Assembly: GCA_044226625.1 (NCBI GenBank)
Contig: JBGAGQ010000002.1
Span: 32,001 to 96,000, forward strand
Direction: 5' to 3'
DNA length: 64,000 bases
From: Thermoanaerobaculia bacterium
Lineage (GTDB): Bacteria; Acidobacteriota; Thermoanaerobaculia; Multivoradales; UBA5704
Both the position numbers and the translations under genes were made by a program. The notes beneath the pieces were generated by a model. The model made no database searches and was not told the origin of the DNA. It saw nothing but the letters and a program-made list of their open reading frames with translations. Below, in pieces: positions 30,466 to 43,500 of the stretch; position 1 is the first letter of the stretch; the number at the start of each line of letters is the position of its first letter.

Positions 30466-31341
30466 ATGATGATCCCCGGTCTCCGAATGCTCGCTTCCGG
30501 GCTCGTGCTGGCGGTCGCGCCGGCTGTCGTGGCTCCGGCGCCTCAAAGCGATAGTGGTTACTCCTTGCCGCGGGTCGCAGAGACCTCTGCGTCACGCGGC
30601 AACGCGAGCCCCCCTTCCGTCGCGGCGATCCACCCCGCTACCGATTCGGTCGCATCGATCGAGATTCTCAATCCCGCCGCCGGACGGTGGCGGCTGGTCC
30701 TTCGATCAGGCCAGACCGAGAGCGTTCTGAGCGAGGTTCCAAAGGACGAGGCGGAATACGTGGTGTCGGGGCCTTTTCTCGCCAGCTTTCCGGTCGGTCC
30801 CTCGTCCGGCCTGGAGGCCTTCGTCTGGCAGTACGTGGTCGGATCGGGATTGCGTTACGAGGATTACCGCACGACCTACCTCGTGCTGTGCTTGCTGGAT
30901 CGCGGCCACCCGATCGGTTCGTGCCAGACGCAGAAAGTGGCCGAAACATCGATCCATAAGGAAGTCCACTCTCAGCCGGAGGACGTCTGGCTGTATTGGT
31001 CGGCGGATGCGGATCGGCCCACGCGGGCGACCGAAAGTGACGTCCGGCTTCTCGTGCGCGACGGCGACGGCGACGGATTCGACGACCTCGTGATCTGGCG
31101 GCGAACGTGCGGCGCGCTCGCGATCGCCGACTCGGCCGCGCGCGAGCGCGACCCCAAGACGTTCGAGGGCAAAGTCGAGTGCAACCTCGATTTCGTCCTC
31201 GAACGCGACGAACGACTTTGGATGCGTTTCGATCCGACCCACCGGACGTTCGAGGCGCCGACTTTGAACGACAAGCTGCCGGTTCCGAACCGCGATCTCT
31301 GGAATCGGCTGCCGAACGTCGGACACCTTTCGGTGCGGTGA
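30466..31341 (+). CDS. Secreted hypothetical protein; candidate immunity protein for B
   Basis: Starts 7 nt after the B stop with RBS GAGGA; signal peptide; one 'DGDGDGFDDLVI' Ca-binding/FG-GAP-like loop; four Cys; no visible similarity to 22604-23587. Confidence 0.72.
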   Translation: MMIPGLRMLASGLVLAVAPAVVAPAPQSDSGYSLPRVAETSASRGNASPPSVAAIHPATDSVASIEILNPAAGRWRLVLRSGQTESVLSEVPKDEAEYVVSGPFLASFPVGPSSGLEAFVWQYVVGSGLRYEDYRTTYLVLCLLDRGHPIGSCQTQKVAETSIHKEVHSQPEDVWLYWSADADRPTRATESDVRLLVRDGDGDGFDDLVIWRRTCGALAIADSAARERDPKTFEGKVECNLDFVLERDERLWMRFDPTHRTFEAPTLNDKLPVPNRDLWNRLPNVGHLSVR

Positions 31342-31517
31342 TGACCTGCTTGGGGTCTGTCGGTCGGAGGCGAACACGCCTACGCCTACGTTCGATCTCA
31401 ACGCCGGGTCCCTGGTGAGGGTCGAATGGGAACGTGCTGGCGGTGGCGAGCCGTAGTTGGGCGGGAGCGTTCTCGCAGTCGAAATTCTTTGGCGTGTTGC
31501 GTGATGGAGGATTGATC

Positions 31518-34500
31518 GTGGACAAGTCGACGACGAGAGTGGATGCGATCGCGAGAGCTGGGGCCCGGTGGGCGACGAGCCTGCTGGTCCTATTCGGCCT
31601 TTCTTTCCCCGCCGCCGCCCAGCTCGGCACCGCCTGCACCGCCGAGGTGCTGAGCCGCACCGTTCGCGTCAACGCCGACGGCTCGTTCTTCTTCTCGAAC
31701 CTGCCCACGGAGGACGGCAACTTCCGCGTCCGCCTCACCTGCACGCCCGACGGATCGCCGGTGGTCCACGGCGCCACGCCATTCTTCCAACTGGTCGCGA
31801 ACCAGACCGTTGCGGTCGGCCCGGTCGCCTTCGGCGCGGTGCCGCCGATCCCGGCGGTGCTCGAGCTGAACCTGGAGAAGACGAAACTCACCGAAAAGGG
31901 GGAGCGCCTTTTCCTCGGCACGACGGGGATCCTGGGCGACGGCACGGAGCTCGACTTCTCGCCGGTCGAGATGGGAACCGAGTTTTGGTCGAGCGATCCG
32001 CGGCTCGCCAACATCGAGCTGATCCCCGTGGCGCCCGGACGGACCGTCGCCTACCTCAAGGCCAACGAGCGCGGCCGTGTGCTGATCGCCGCGCGGGTCG
32101 AAGGGGTGTTGACCGCCGTCGAGATCGATCTCGAGCTGCCGAACGACGCCGACCGCGACGGCATGACCGACGAGTACGAGATCGCCAAGGGGTTCAACCC
32201 GAACAATCCGGCCGACGCGCTCGAGGATCCGGACGGTGACAACCTCTCGAACCTCCAGGAGTTCGAGCTCGGAACCGACCCGAGGAATACGGACACCGAC
32301 GCCGACGGCCTGGCCGACGATCGCGAGATCGAGCTGGGCACGCTCCCGACGAATCCCGACAGCGACGGCGACGGCTTCGTCGACAGCCAGGAGATCGACC
32401 ACGGCACCAACCCGTTGCTCGGCGACAGCGACGGCGACGGACTGCTCGACGGGCTGGAGATCGCCATCGAGAGCGATCCGCTGGTGGCCAACCTCACCAC
32501 CGTGGTCGTCGGCCGGGTCGTCGATTCGGAGGGGGTGGCGGTCCAGGGGGCGGCCGCGGCGGCGTATGGCCGCATCGTCGGCACAACGGATCGGGGAGGA
32601 GCGTTCACGCTCGGCCGGGTGCCGGCCGACCGCGGACCGATCGCGGTCTTCGCGCGCGCTCTTCGTGGCGGTTCGGCGCTCGAAGGCAACTCGGCACCCA
32701 CCGCGCCAATCGCCGGCGCGACGACCGACGTCGGAACCATCCAGGTCGTTCCGATGAGCTCTCGCGTTTCGGGACGCGTTCTCGACGCGTTCGGCCGCAA
32801 CGCGGTGCCGGGGGTGCGCGTGGTCGCGCGTTCGACGTTCGACGTGCGCCAGACCAACACCGACGCGACGGGCGTCTTCACGTTCGATCGCATGGTGCCC
32901 GGGATGATCCGCATCGAGGCGACCGATCCCCGCACCGGTCTTCGCGGCCGCGCCGACGTCCATCTGGAGCCCGACGGCGAAGCGGTCGCGACGATCGTCC
33001 TCGGCAGCTTCGGCTCGATCGAGGGGCGCGCGCTCGGACGCGACGCCGTCACCCCGGCCGGGCCGGGGGTGATCGTCCGCCGGATGATCGGCGTGAACGT
33101 GGCAGAGACGACGACCACCGGCGCCGACTCGACGTATCGCTTCGCCTTCGTGCCCCTCGGCGGCTACACGGTCGAGACGTCGAACAGCCAGGGCGACCGC
33201 GGGCGGACTCCCGTGATCATTCAGGCGACCTCGCAAACCGTGGTCGCCGACATCGCCTTCCTCGGCCGCGGTACCGTCAACGGCGTCGTCGAGACCGAGA
33301 CCGGCCAGCCGGTTCCGGGAGCGCCGGTCGAGCTGTCCGGCAATTCGATCTTCGAGCAGCGCCTCTCGACCTTCAGCGCGGCGGACGGCACGTTCTCCCT
33401 GTCGGGTGTCTTCGTCGGCAGGTTCGCCGTGTCGGCGACGAATCCGGCCAATGGGCTCGCGGGTACCGCCTCGGGCGAAATCCGCAACGAGGCCGATCAC
33501 GACGCGGTGACGATCGTCGTCCGGGCGACTGGGACGCTGGTCGGCACGGTCTTCGATTTCGACGGGACGACCCCGGTCGCCGGCGCCTCGGTGAGCGTGG
33601 GCATCCGCTCGACCACGACCGATGCGTCGGGGAATTACCGCCTCGAGCTCCTGCCGCTGCGTGGCTACACCGTCTCGGCGAGCCATCCGACATTGCCGAG
33701 CTGCGGCTCGGCCTCGACCGCGCTCACCGAACCGAACCAGACCGTCCAACGAGACATCACACTGCGCGGCACGGCGGACCTGCGCGTCCACGTCGTCTAT
33801 GCCGACGGCTCGCCCGCTTCGGCGGCGGCCCTCTCTCTGGGCGGAGGCTTCTGCACCGTCGAGCGCCACGGCACGGCGGACGCCCAGGGCGAGATCGTGT
33901 TCGCGCCATTGCCGGTCGGCTCGTTTTCCGTCGAGGCGCTCGGGCCGATCGGCTCGGTCCGGGGCTCGGTGAGCACGGAGCTCCTACCGGGCGAGCACGG
34001 CGAGGTCACGATCGAGCTCGAACCGGTCGGAACGATCGCGGGTCACGTGTTCCAATCCGACGGCGTCACCCCGGTGGCGGGGATGACTGTGAACCTGGTC
34101 GGCGGCGGTCGATCCCAACGCTCCGCCGCGGACGGCTCGTTCCGCTTCGATTTAGTGAAGGTCGCCGGGAGCCCGTATACCCTCCAAGCCCTCGACGCCC
34201 AGAACGTCGTGCTCGCCGAGGAGACCGGCGTCGTCCTTCATCGCCAGGGTGAGCTCGTGGAGCGCAACCTCGTGCTGATTCCGTTGGGGACCGTCACCGG
34301 TACTGTCTACGGCGTCGACGGCGTGCCCAAAGGAGGCGTCGTGGTGGGGGTGAGCGGTGCGCTCGGACGGATTCCGACCCGCTTCGCGACCTCGGACGTC
34401 AACGGCATCTATCGCGCGACGCGGGTGGCGGCGGTCGGAGCGGTGACCGCCTCGGCGCGCGACGCGCTCGGCTTCACCGGCTCGGGCACCGGCACGCTCG

Positions 34501-37500
34501 TCGGCGAGAACGCGGTCGCGACGGTCGACGTCCATTTGAACGGCGAGGCGCTCGTCGCCGAGCTCTACGACGCCAACAACTACGTCTACCCGATCGAATT
34601 CCCGAACGGCGGCGTGCGCGACGGCGAGCTCGGCCTGTTCAACGTCGACCGCAAGGATGAAAGGGGGGGATTGCGCCTCGAGCTCGGGACCGGCGGCTCG
34701 TTCCACCGTTTCCTCGGCAACCGCACGCTGGTAACCCTGGACCGGCACGAGGCGATCGTCGAAGGGGACGACGCGGCGACCGGCCTCCACGTGAAGCGCC
34801 GCGCCCGCGTGCCGCAGGACGGCTATTTCGTTCGCTATATCGAGGAGCTTTCGAACCCGACCGCGCAGCCGATCACCGTCGATCTGCGCCTCGCGACGTA
34901 CATGCGCTTCGTCGCGAATACCCGCGGCAGCGGGCGCTTCTTCGATCCGCAGGCGATCACCGCGACCTCCTCAGGTGACGCCGAGCTCGCAGTGGGCGGC
35001 GCGAGCCCGGATCGCTGGGTGGCGTTCGACGTCAACCTGAGCGGCCGCGCTTACTTCGACGAGGTCTATCCGAGCTTCGGCCACGTTTTCGACGGGCCGG
35101 GTGGACGGGTCGCCGTGTCGACCTCGAGCTACGACTTCCTGTTCGGCGCGAACAATCCGATCGGCACCGAGTCGTACACCCGGCTCCTCGAGCGGTGGTC
35201 GAACTTGACCATTCCGCCGGGCGAGCGCGCCCTGTTGCTCCACTTCGGCATCCAGGAGACGGGGCCTCAAGCGGTACGGACCGCCGCCGAGCGGCTGGTC
35301 CAGCTGCCGCCGGAGGCGTATGAAGGGCTCGACGCCTCCGATCTCGAACGGGTCATGAACTTCGCGATGAATCCGGCGGGAACGAGCACCCTGCCCGCCT
35401 TGCCGCCGCTCGACGGCGTCATCGCCGGCCGCGTGCTCGAAGGCGATCATGCGACGCCCGTTCCAGGGGCCGCGATCACCTACCAGAGCGAGCATCCGCT
35501 GTTCCAGAGGAAATACGTCGTCGGCGCCGACAGCGCGGGCGCTTATCGCGTAGCCGGCACGGCGGTGAACCTGGGCGGCCGCCGCGTGGTGCCGCGCACG
35601 TCGTTCATGGAGATCGCCCGAAATACCCGGACGCAGCAGTTCACGCCGACCTTGCGCGGCGAGTTCCCGGGCGGCGCTCCGAGCGTCAATCTCGACCTCG
35701 TCTTCACCGGCACCGGCTCGGTGATCGGGACGGTCAAGCGCACGGACGGCAACGTGGTGAGCTTCGGCGACGTCGTGATCCGTGCCCGGCAGCAGCTGAT
35801 CAACCTTTCGGCCGGCCTGCCGGCCGCCGGGACCTTCCGCTTCCTGGGCCTGCCGCCCGACGTCTACTCGTTGGTCGCGACCCAGCCCCACCCGCAGGGG
35901 ACCGGCTTGAAGGGCGCCGCCTCGGCGCGCATCACCGGCGACGGCAGCGAGGTGCTCGCCAACATCACCCTCGATCCGGTCGGCGGCGTCTTCGGCACGG
36001 TGCGGGCCGGCGACGGCAACGTCGCGCCGAACCTCGAAGTCATGATGACCTCGCCGACGGCTCCTGAGTTCCTGCGGATGGTGCGCACCGACACGGGAGG
36101 GGCGTACCGCTTCTTCGACGCCCCGGTGGGCAGCTACGTCCTCACCGTGGTCGAGCCGATCACCCACATCCCTAGCCGGGTCGGCGTAACCATCCCGGAG
36201 AACCAGAACGTCGCGCAGGACATCGAGCTGTTCGGGATCGGCGATATCCAGGTCGTCGCCCGGTACAGCGACGGCACCCCCGTGCCCCAGGGCCTCGTGC
36301 GCCTCCAAGTCGCGCCGCTCGGGCCGAACCCGGTACCGGTCGGCAAGACCGACGCCTCCGGCCGGTTGCTGATCGAAGACGTGCCGACGGGAGCCTTCGG
36401 CATCGAGGTGCGGCATCCGCGCACACCGGAGTCAGCGGGCAGCGCGAGCGGCAACCTGCTCCACGGCGGCGACCTCGTGACGGTCGAGATCACCGTCCCG
36501 GTCGACCACGCGCCGACCGTCGAGATGGTGAGCCCCCTTCCGGGACTGCAGGTCGTTCGCGGCCAGAGCGTCCTGATTCAGGCCAACGCCCTCGACGACT
36601 TCAAGGTCGCGAGCGTCGAGTTCGCGATCAACGGCGTCAAGGTCGGCGCGGTCGGCACCTCGCCGTATCGCGTGACCGTGCCGATCGACGCGCCCGCGGG
36701 GAGCCCGGCCGAGGTGCGCGCGACGGCGATCGACAGCGGCGGCAATCGGACCACGGCGGCCGTGACCATCCAAGTCGTCGCCGACACCCATCCGCCCACC
36801 GTCTCGATCACCCGACCGCTCTCCGGCACCTCGGCGGTCGAGGGGACGCCGGTGCTCGTCGAGGCGGCGCCCGCCGACGACATCCGCGTCGCCCGGGTCG
36901 AGCTGCGGGCGAATGGCGCGCTGATCAAGACGCTCCAGGGCCCTCCCTATCAGGCTACCTACGACGTGCCGTCCGACCTGGCGCCGACCGCCACGGTGCT
37001 GGTGCCGATCGCGGCGACGGTTTACGACGGCGCGGGCAACCAGCAGACCGCCTCGGTGATCCTGCGGGTGCTGCCCGACCGCGCGCCGACGATCACCGTG
37101 ACCGACGCGCCGGCCGACAACGTCGAGCTGCCGGAGGGGGCCACGATCCACTTCGCCGCGACGGCCACCGACGACGTGAGGGTGGAGGTCGACCTCTATC
37201 TGAACGGCCAGAAGATCCAGACCCGAGGCGGCGCGCCGTTCGCGTTCAACGCGAAGCTACCGAGCCTCTCGGCCGGCGCGCCGAATCCGGTCACCTATCA
37301 GTTGATCGCCCGCGACTCCCAGGGGCAGACCACGGCCGCGCCGGCGATCCACGTCCGGATCAAGGCCGACGCGCCGCCCACGATCTCGCTCACCGCGCCG
37401 GCGGACGGTGCCGACGTGATCGAGGGATCGACCGTCGCAATCGACGCCGCCGCGACCGACGACGTCTCGCTCGCCAAGGTCGAGCTGTACGTCGCGGACG

Positions 37501-40500
37501 AGAAGATCGCCTCGCTCGTCGCGCCGCCCTACCACGCGGCGTTCCAGGTCGCTTCCGGCATCGAAGGATCGCGGCTGGAGATCCGCGCCGTCGCGACCGA
37601 CGCCTCGGGACAGACCGCCGAGGCGACCGCGACGCTCACGCGGCGCGACGACGCTACGCCTCCCGCCGTGTCCATCACCTCGCCGGCCGACGGCGCGAGC
37701 GTTGCGCTCGGCGCCACCGATGTGATCCTGGCGATCGACAACTCGTCGGCGAGTAGCGTTACGACCGGGGTCGACTACACCGGCGACGGCACGGCGGAGA
37801 CGATCTTGGGAGCCGAGATCTATGCCGCGCGCCAGGTGCTCGCGCGGTTGACTCCGACCGTATCGCGCGTGGCGATCGTGCGGGCCGGGGTTCCGGCCTC
37901 GGCCTATCTGGGGCTCACCGCCGACTTCGAGCTGGTCGATCAGCGGCTCGGCGATCTGCTCGCCGGCGGCACTTCCGGCGGCTCGAACCTCGACACGACG
38001 CTCGCGGTCTGCTGGGGAGAGCTCGGAAGCATTCGCGCCCGGCGGACGGCGAGCCCGCTCACGATCCTGTTCGCGACCGGCGGCAGCGCCGCTTCCGAGG
38101 CGGAGCTCGGCCGGGCGGTCGACGCGGGAGAGCGGATCCACGCGCTCGATTTCGGCGCGATCGCCAGCCCGAACCTCGTCGCGATCGCGACCGCGACCGG
38201 CGGTGCCTCGGCGCGCGTGCGGAGCGTGGCGGACCTCGGCAACGCCCTGCCGCTCATCCTTTCCTCCGGCGACCAGATCGCGATCAGCGCCGACGCGACG
38301 GACGACGTGGCGGTGCGTGCGGTGACGTTCTCGATCGTTTCGGCCGACGGTAGCTTCGACCGGACGTTCGTCGACGAGGCCCCGCCGTTCGCGGCGAGCT
38401 TCACCGCGCCCACGATCCAACAGCCGCTCGGCCTTACGGTCACAGCGACGGCGCGCGATTTCGGCGGCAACGACGTGAGCTCCCCGCCGGTCTCGGTGAC
38501 GCTCGCGCCGGGCGTCGCCTCGCCGCAGCTCGTTCGGCTTCAGCCGGCGGCGGGCACGATCGGGACGACGGTCCAGGTGATCGGCCGCGCGTTCGCCCCG
38601 AATCCGGCGGACGATGCGGTGCGCTTCGCCGGCGGCACTTCGGGCGTGCCGGCGACGGTCTCCTCGGGTAACAAGTTCTCGCTCACCGTCACCGTTCCGG
38701 CCGGCGCCGCGAGCGGTCCGGTGACCGTCACCGTCGACGGCGAGACCAGCAACGGTGTCGCCTTCTCGCTCGACAGCGACGGCGACGGGTTGACCGACGA
38801 GCAGGAGGTCGCGCTCGGCACGAATCCGAACGATCGCGACACCGACGACGACGGCCTCGAAGACGGTGCCGAGGTGAACGCGCATCACACGAACCCGCTG
38901 CTCGCCGACAGCGATGGCGATGGTTTGAACGACGGCTTCGAGGTCCGGAACGGCTTCGATCCGCTGGCGGGCGGCGAGCAAGGGCTCGATCCGGACGCCG
39001 ATGGGCTCACCAACCTCGAAGAGCAGACGGCGGGGACCGATCCGAACCGCGCCGACACCGACCACGACGGCCTCACCGATGGTGCCGAGGTCCATACCCA
39101 CCACACCAACCCGACGCTCTTCGACACCGATACCGGAGGCGTCGACGACGGAACCGAGATCCAGAACGGCACGAACCCGCTCGACTCGACCGACGACGCG
39201 GTCAGCTTGCCGCGGACGCTCCGCGACGGCGCGGGTGTCGATTGGCAGGTCCGCGAGCACATGGGGAGCCAGGGCGATCCGGGCGACGGCGGCTTCGCCA
39301 TCTACTCGAGCGGCTTCTTCGTCCGGGGCGCGTTCGACCTGATCACCGACGACCTCACGAACAATCGACCGCGCCTGCTGTTCGGCAGCAATACCCTCAA
39401 CCGGGCGATCCCGGAGGACGGCGGTCGCGAGCTCCGGCTCGGGCCGGTCGTCCGTTCGGGCTTGAACGTTTCACGAAAGATCTTCGTCCCGTCCGACGAC
39501 TCCTTCGTCCGCTATCTGGAGATCTTCGAGAATCCGACCGAAAACCCGGTTCCGGTACGCGCTGAGATCACGAGCAAGGTCGGCACCGAGGCGAAGACCG
39601 AGGTCGTCGCCACCAGCTCGGGCGGGACCACGTTCGGGCTCCACGACCGCTTCATCGTCACCGACGATGCGGACGGCACGGGTCACGCGGCGGTCGCCCA
39701 CGTCATCGCGGGCCCGAACGCCAAGTCGCTTCCGGCCGAGGTCTACTCGACGCGCCTGGAGTCGGCGGAGCCGGGGGACGACGTCATCGACTACGCCTAT
39801 CGGTTCGTCGTGCCGCCGGGCGAAACCCGGGCGATCCTGCACTTCGGGGTGAAGAATCCGACGCGCGCCGCGGTGCGGACGAAGGTCGATCAGCTGCTCA
39901 CGCTGTCCGGCCGCGCGCTCTCGGGCCTTTCGGCGTCCGAGCAGGCGGCGGTGATCAACTTCTTCGCCTACGCCGACGCCGACCAGGACGGCCTCGCCGA
40001 CTCCGACGAGGCGGCCCACGGCGCGGATCCGGGTGATTCGGACAGCGACGACGACGAGCTCTCGGACGGCTTCGAGGTCCGATACGGGTTCGATCCGGCC
40101 GCGGCGGGCGAGCAGCATCTGGATCCGGACGGCGACGGGCTCGACAACCTCGCCGAGCAGGACGCGCTCGCCGATCCGACGAAGGCCGACACCGACGGCG
40201 ATGGACTCACCGACGCCGCAGAGGTTGCGGCCGGCACCGAAGCTTCGCTCGCCGACAGCGACTTCGACGATCTCTCCGACAGCGCGGAGATCTCGACCCA
40301 CGGCACCGATCCGAAGCGTCACGACAGCGACGGCGGTGGCGTGCCCGACGGTCCGGAGATCGTGGGCGCGACGGATCCCCAGGATCCGGAGGACGACCGG
40401 CGCGTGATCGTTCCGCCGGTCGAAACCGACGGCGCCCGGTGGCGCTGGGACCTCACGTCTGACGCGCGGTTCCGCAACGGCTCCGACGGCGCCTTCGCCG

Positions 40501-43500
40501 ACTCCGGCTCGGTGGGATTCTCGGGAGGCTTCGAGAGCTCGATCGACGGTCTGCGCCACCCCTCCGAGAGCGGCGACCAGATCTACGGTGAGGACGGGGT
40601 GCGCGAGATCGTCTACGCGAAAACGGGTTACATCCAGCCGAAGCGCACGGCCCTGTGGACGCGGAAGATCTTCATTCCCAAGGACGACTCCTTCGCTCGC
40701 ATCCTCGACATCTTCGAGCCCCCGTTTGCGGCACCGGTGGACGTGGAGCTCGAGGTCCGCTCGACCCTCGGCTCGGGCTCGAGCACGGTGTTGGTCAAGA
40801 CCGGCAGCGGCGACCTCCAGTTCCTTCCCGACGACGATTGGATCGTCACCGACGATCTCGACGCCGTCGGTCGGCCGGCGATCGCCCACGTGCTCGCCGG
40901 ACCGACGGGCGACCTCCGTCCGGAGTTGGTGTCGACCTCGGCTCCGGGCGGCGGCCAGGTGCGGTGGACCTATCGCCTGCACATCCCCGCGGGGGAGAGG
41001 CGCGCCCTGCTCTCCTTCGGCGTGCAGCGCAAGACCCGCGCCGAGGCGCTGGCGGTGGCCGACCGCCTCGCCCGGCTCGCTCCGCAGGCGCCGTTCGGCC
41101 TCGCGGCCCTGTCCGGTCTCTCGCCCGCGGAGCAGGGCGAGATCGTCAACTTCTTCGCCTATCCCGACGCCGATCTCGACCGCCTCTCGGACGCGGACGA
41201 GGCGCGGCTCGGCACCGATCCGAATGATCCCGACACCGACGGTGACGGTATGACCGACGGCTTCGAGGTCTCGGGAGGTCTCGATCCGACGAGCCCCGGT
41301 GACGCTCACGCCGATCCGGACGGCGACGGTCTCGACAACCTCGGCGAGTTCGCCGCGCATTCGCTTCCGAACGATCCCGACACGGACGACGACGGGCTAT
41401 CGGACGGCGACGAGGTGCTCACCTACCACTCGAACCCGATCGTCGGCGACACCGACGGCGACGGCCTCGTCGACGGCGTGGAGGTCCATACTCATCACAC
41501 GAGCCCGACGCTCGCCGACACCGACGGCGGCGGCCGCAGCGACGGCGACGAAGTGCGCGACGGCACCGATCCGCTGAACCCGGCGGACGACTTCGGTTCT
41601 CGAGCGCTCCCGACCGAGATGCTCGATCGCGACGGCTTCCGCTGGGATGTCCAGAAGAACGGCTCGATCCTTGCTGGCAGCCTCGCGTTCTCCGGCGCGG
41701 CACGTCTCGAGGTCAACGGCCTTGCGTTCCCCGAGTTCGCCGACGCGCGAACCGAGCCGGGCGGACGTGAGCTGCTGATCGGTCCATGGCGGCCCACCTC
41801 CGGCGTGAACCAGGGTCTCCAAGTGACGCGCAAGGTCTTCGTGCCGAGCGACGACACCTTCGCCCGGTACCTCGAATCGATCGAGAACACGACCGACGCG
41901 CCGGTCGTCGCCCGACTCGTCGTGCGCACCCAGGAGCGGGGGGCTGTCCAGGTCCTCACGACCTCGTCCGGCGACACGACGTTCGATCGGGCGGACCGAT
42001 GGCTCTCGCTCGACGACGACGACGGCGGATCGGGGGACCTCCAACCGCCGGTCGCCCTCGCGCTCGCCGGCCCCGCGGCGCGGCTCCGTCCGGACGAGGC
42101 GTCGCAGTCGCCCGCCCTCTCGACCTTCGCCTATGAGGTGCGGATCCCGCCCCACAGCCGCGCGATCGTGATGCATTTCCTCACCCAGCAGGGGAGCCGG
42201 GAGGAGGCGGCGGCCAAGGGCGCCGACCTCGAGCACCTGCGCGGCTCGGCTCGCGCCGGCCTCGAGCCCGACGAGCCGGCCGAGATCGAGAACTTCTTCG
42301 CCTTCGCGGATCTCGATTTCGACGGTCTCGCCGATACCGACGAGGCGACCGCGGGCACCGATCCCGCGAATCCCGACGGCGACGGCGACGGATTGCTCGA
42401 CGGATTCGAGGCGCGATATGGATTCGACCCGCTCACGGCGGGGGAGCAGCATCAAGATCCGGACGGCGACGGCCTCGACAACCTTGCCGAGCAGTCGGCC
42501 GGGACCGACCCCAGCCTCGCCGACACCGACGGCGACGGGCTGTCGGACGGCGCCGAGGTCTCGGTCCATCACACCGATCCCCTCGACGACGATTCCGACG
42601 AAGGGGGTCGCGGCGACGCGACCGAGATCCAGGTCGACGGCACCGACCCAGCCGACGGGGCGGACGATCTCCGGCCCGCCACGCCCACGGCCTTCGGTAC
42701 CGCCGACGGCCTCGGTTATCGCTGGATCCTGTCGGAAACGCAGGGCTACGTTTTCACCGGGCCGACGAACGTCTTCTCTCCGGGCTCCCAGCTCGAAGTG
42801 GACAATCAGTCGTTCTACGAGCCCGTAAAGAAGCCGCTCGGCTCGCCGGACCAGCGCCTCTGGTCGTTCGGGCCGATCGACCTTTCGTCGGGACTGCTCG
42901 CGTCGCGCAAGGTCTACGTGCCGGGGGACAGCGGCTTCGCCCGCTACGTCGAGGTTTTGGAAAACCCCACCGCCGGGCCGATCTCCGCGGTCGTCCAGGT
43001 GAACGACCAGTTTTCGGTCGGCTACTCCTACCTCGGCACTAGCAGCGGCGACGCAGCGCTCGACGCGGGAGACTCCTGGGCGTTGTTCGACGATGGTGAC
43101 GGCAGCGGGGCTCCCGCCTATCTCTCCCTCTTCGCCGGTCCGGGCGGCAAGGTGAAGCCGTTGTTCGCGCGCACCGACGTGCCCGGCGGAAGCCAGAACC
43201 AGTTCTACTACCGGATCACCATACCGCCGGGAGGAAAGGCCGCGCTGCTGCATTTCCTCTTGCTGCGTGGCAGCCGGTCCGACGCGGCGACCGCCGCGTC
43301 CGACCTCTCGCGGCTGCCGCAGACCGCCCTCGCGCACCTCACGGCGGTCGACCAGGCGGCGATCGCCAACTTCTTCGCCTATCTGGACAGCGACGGCGAC
43401 CTCCTGTCCGACGATGACGAGGCGCGGCTGGGCACCGATCCGAACCGCGCGGATACCGACGGCGACGGCATCACCGACGGTTACGAGGTGGCGCATGGGC

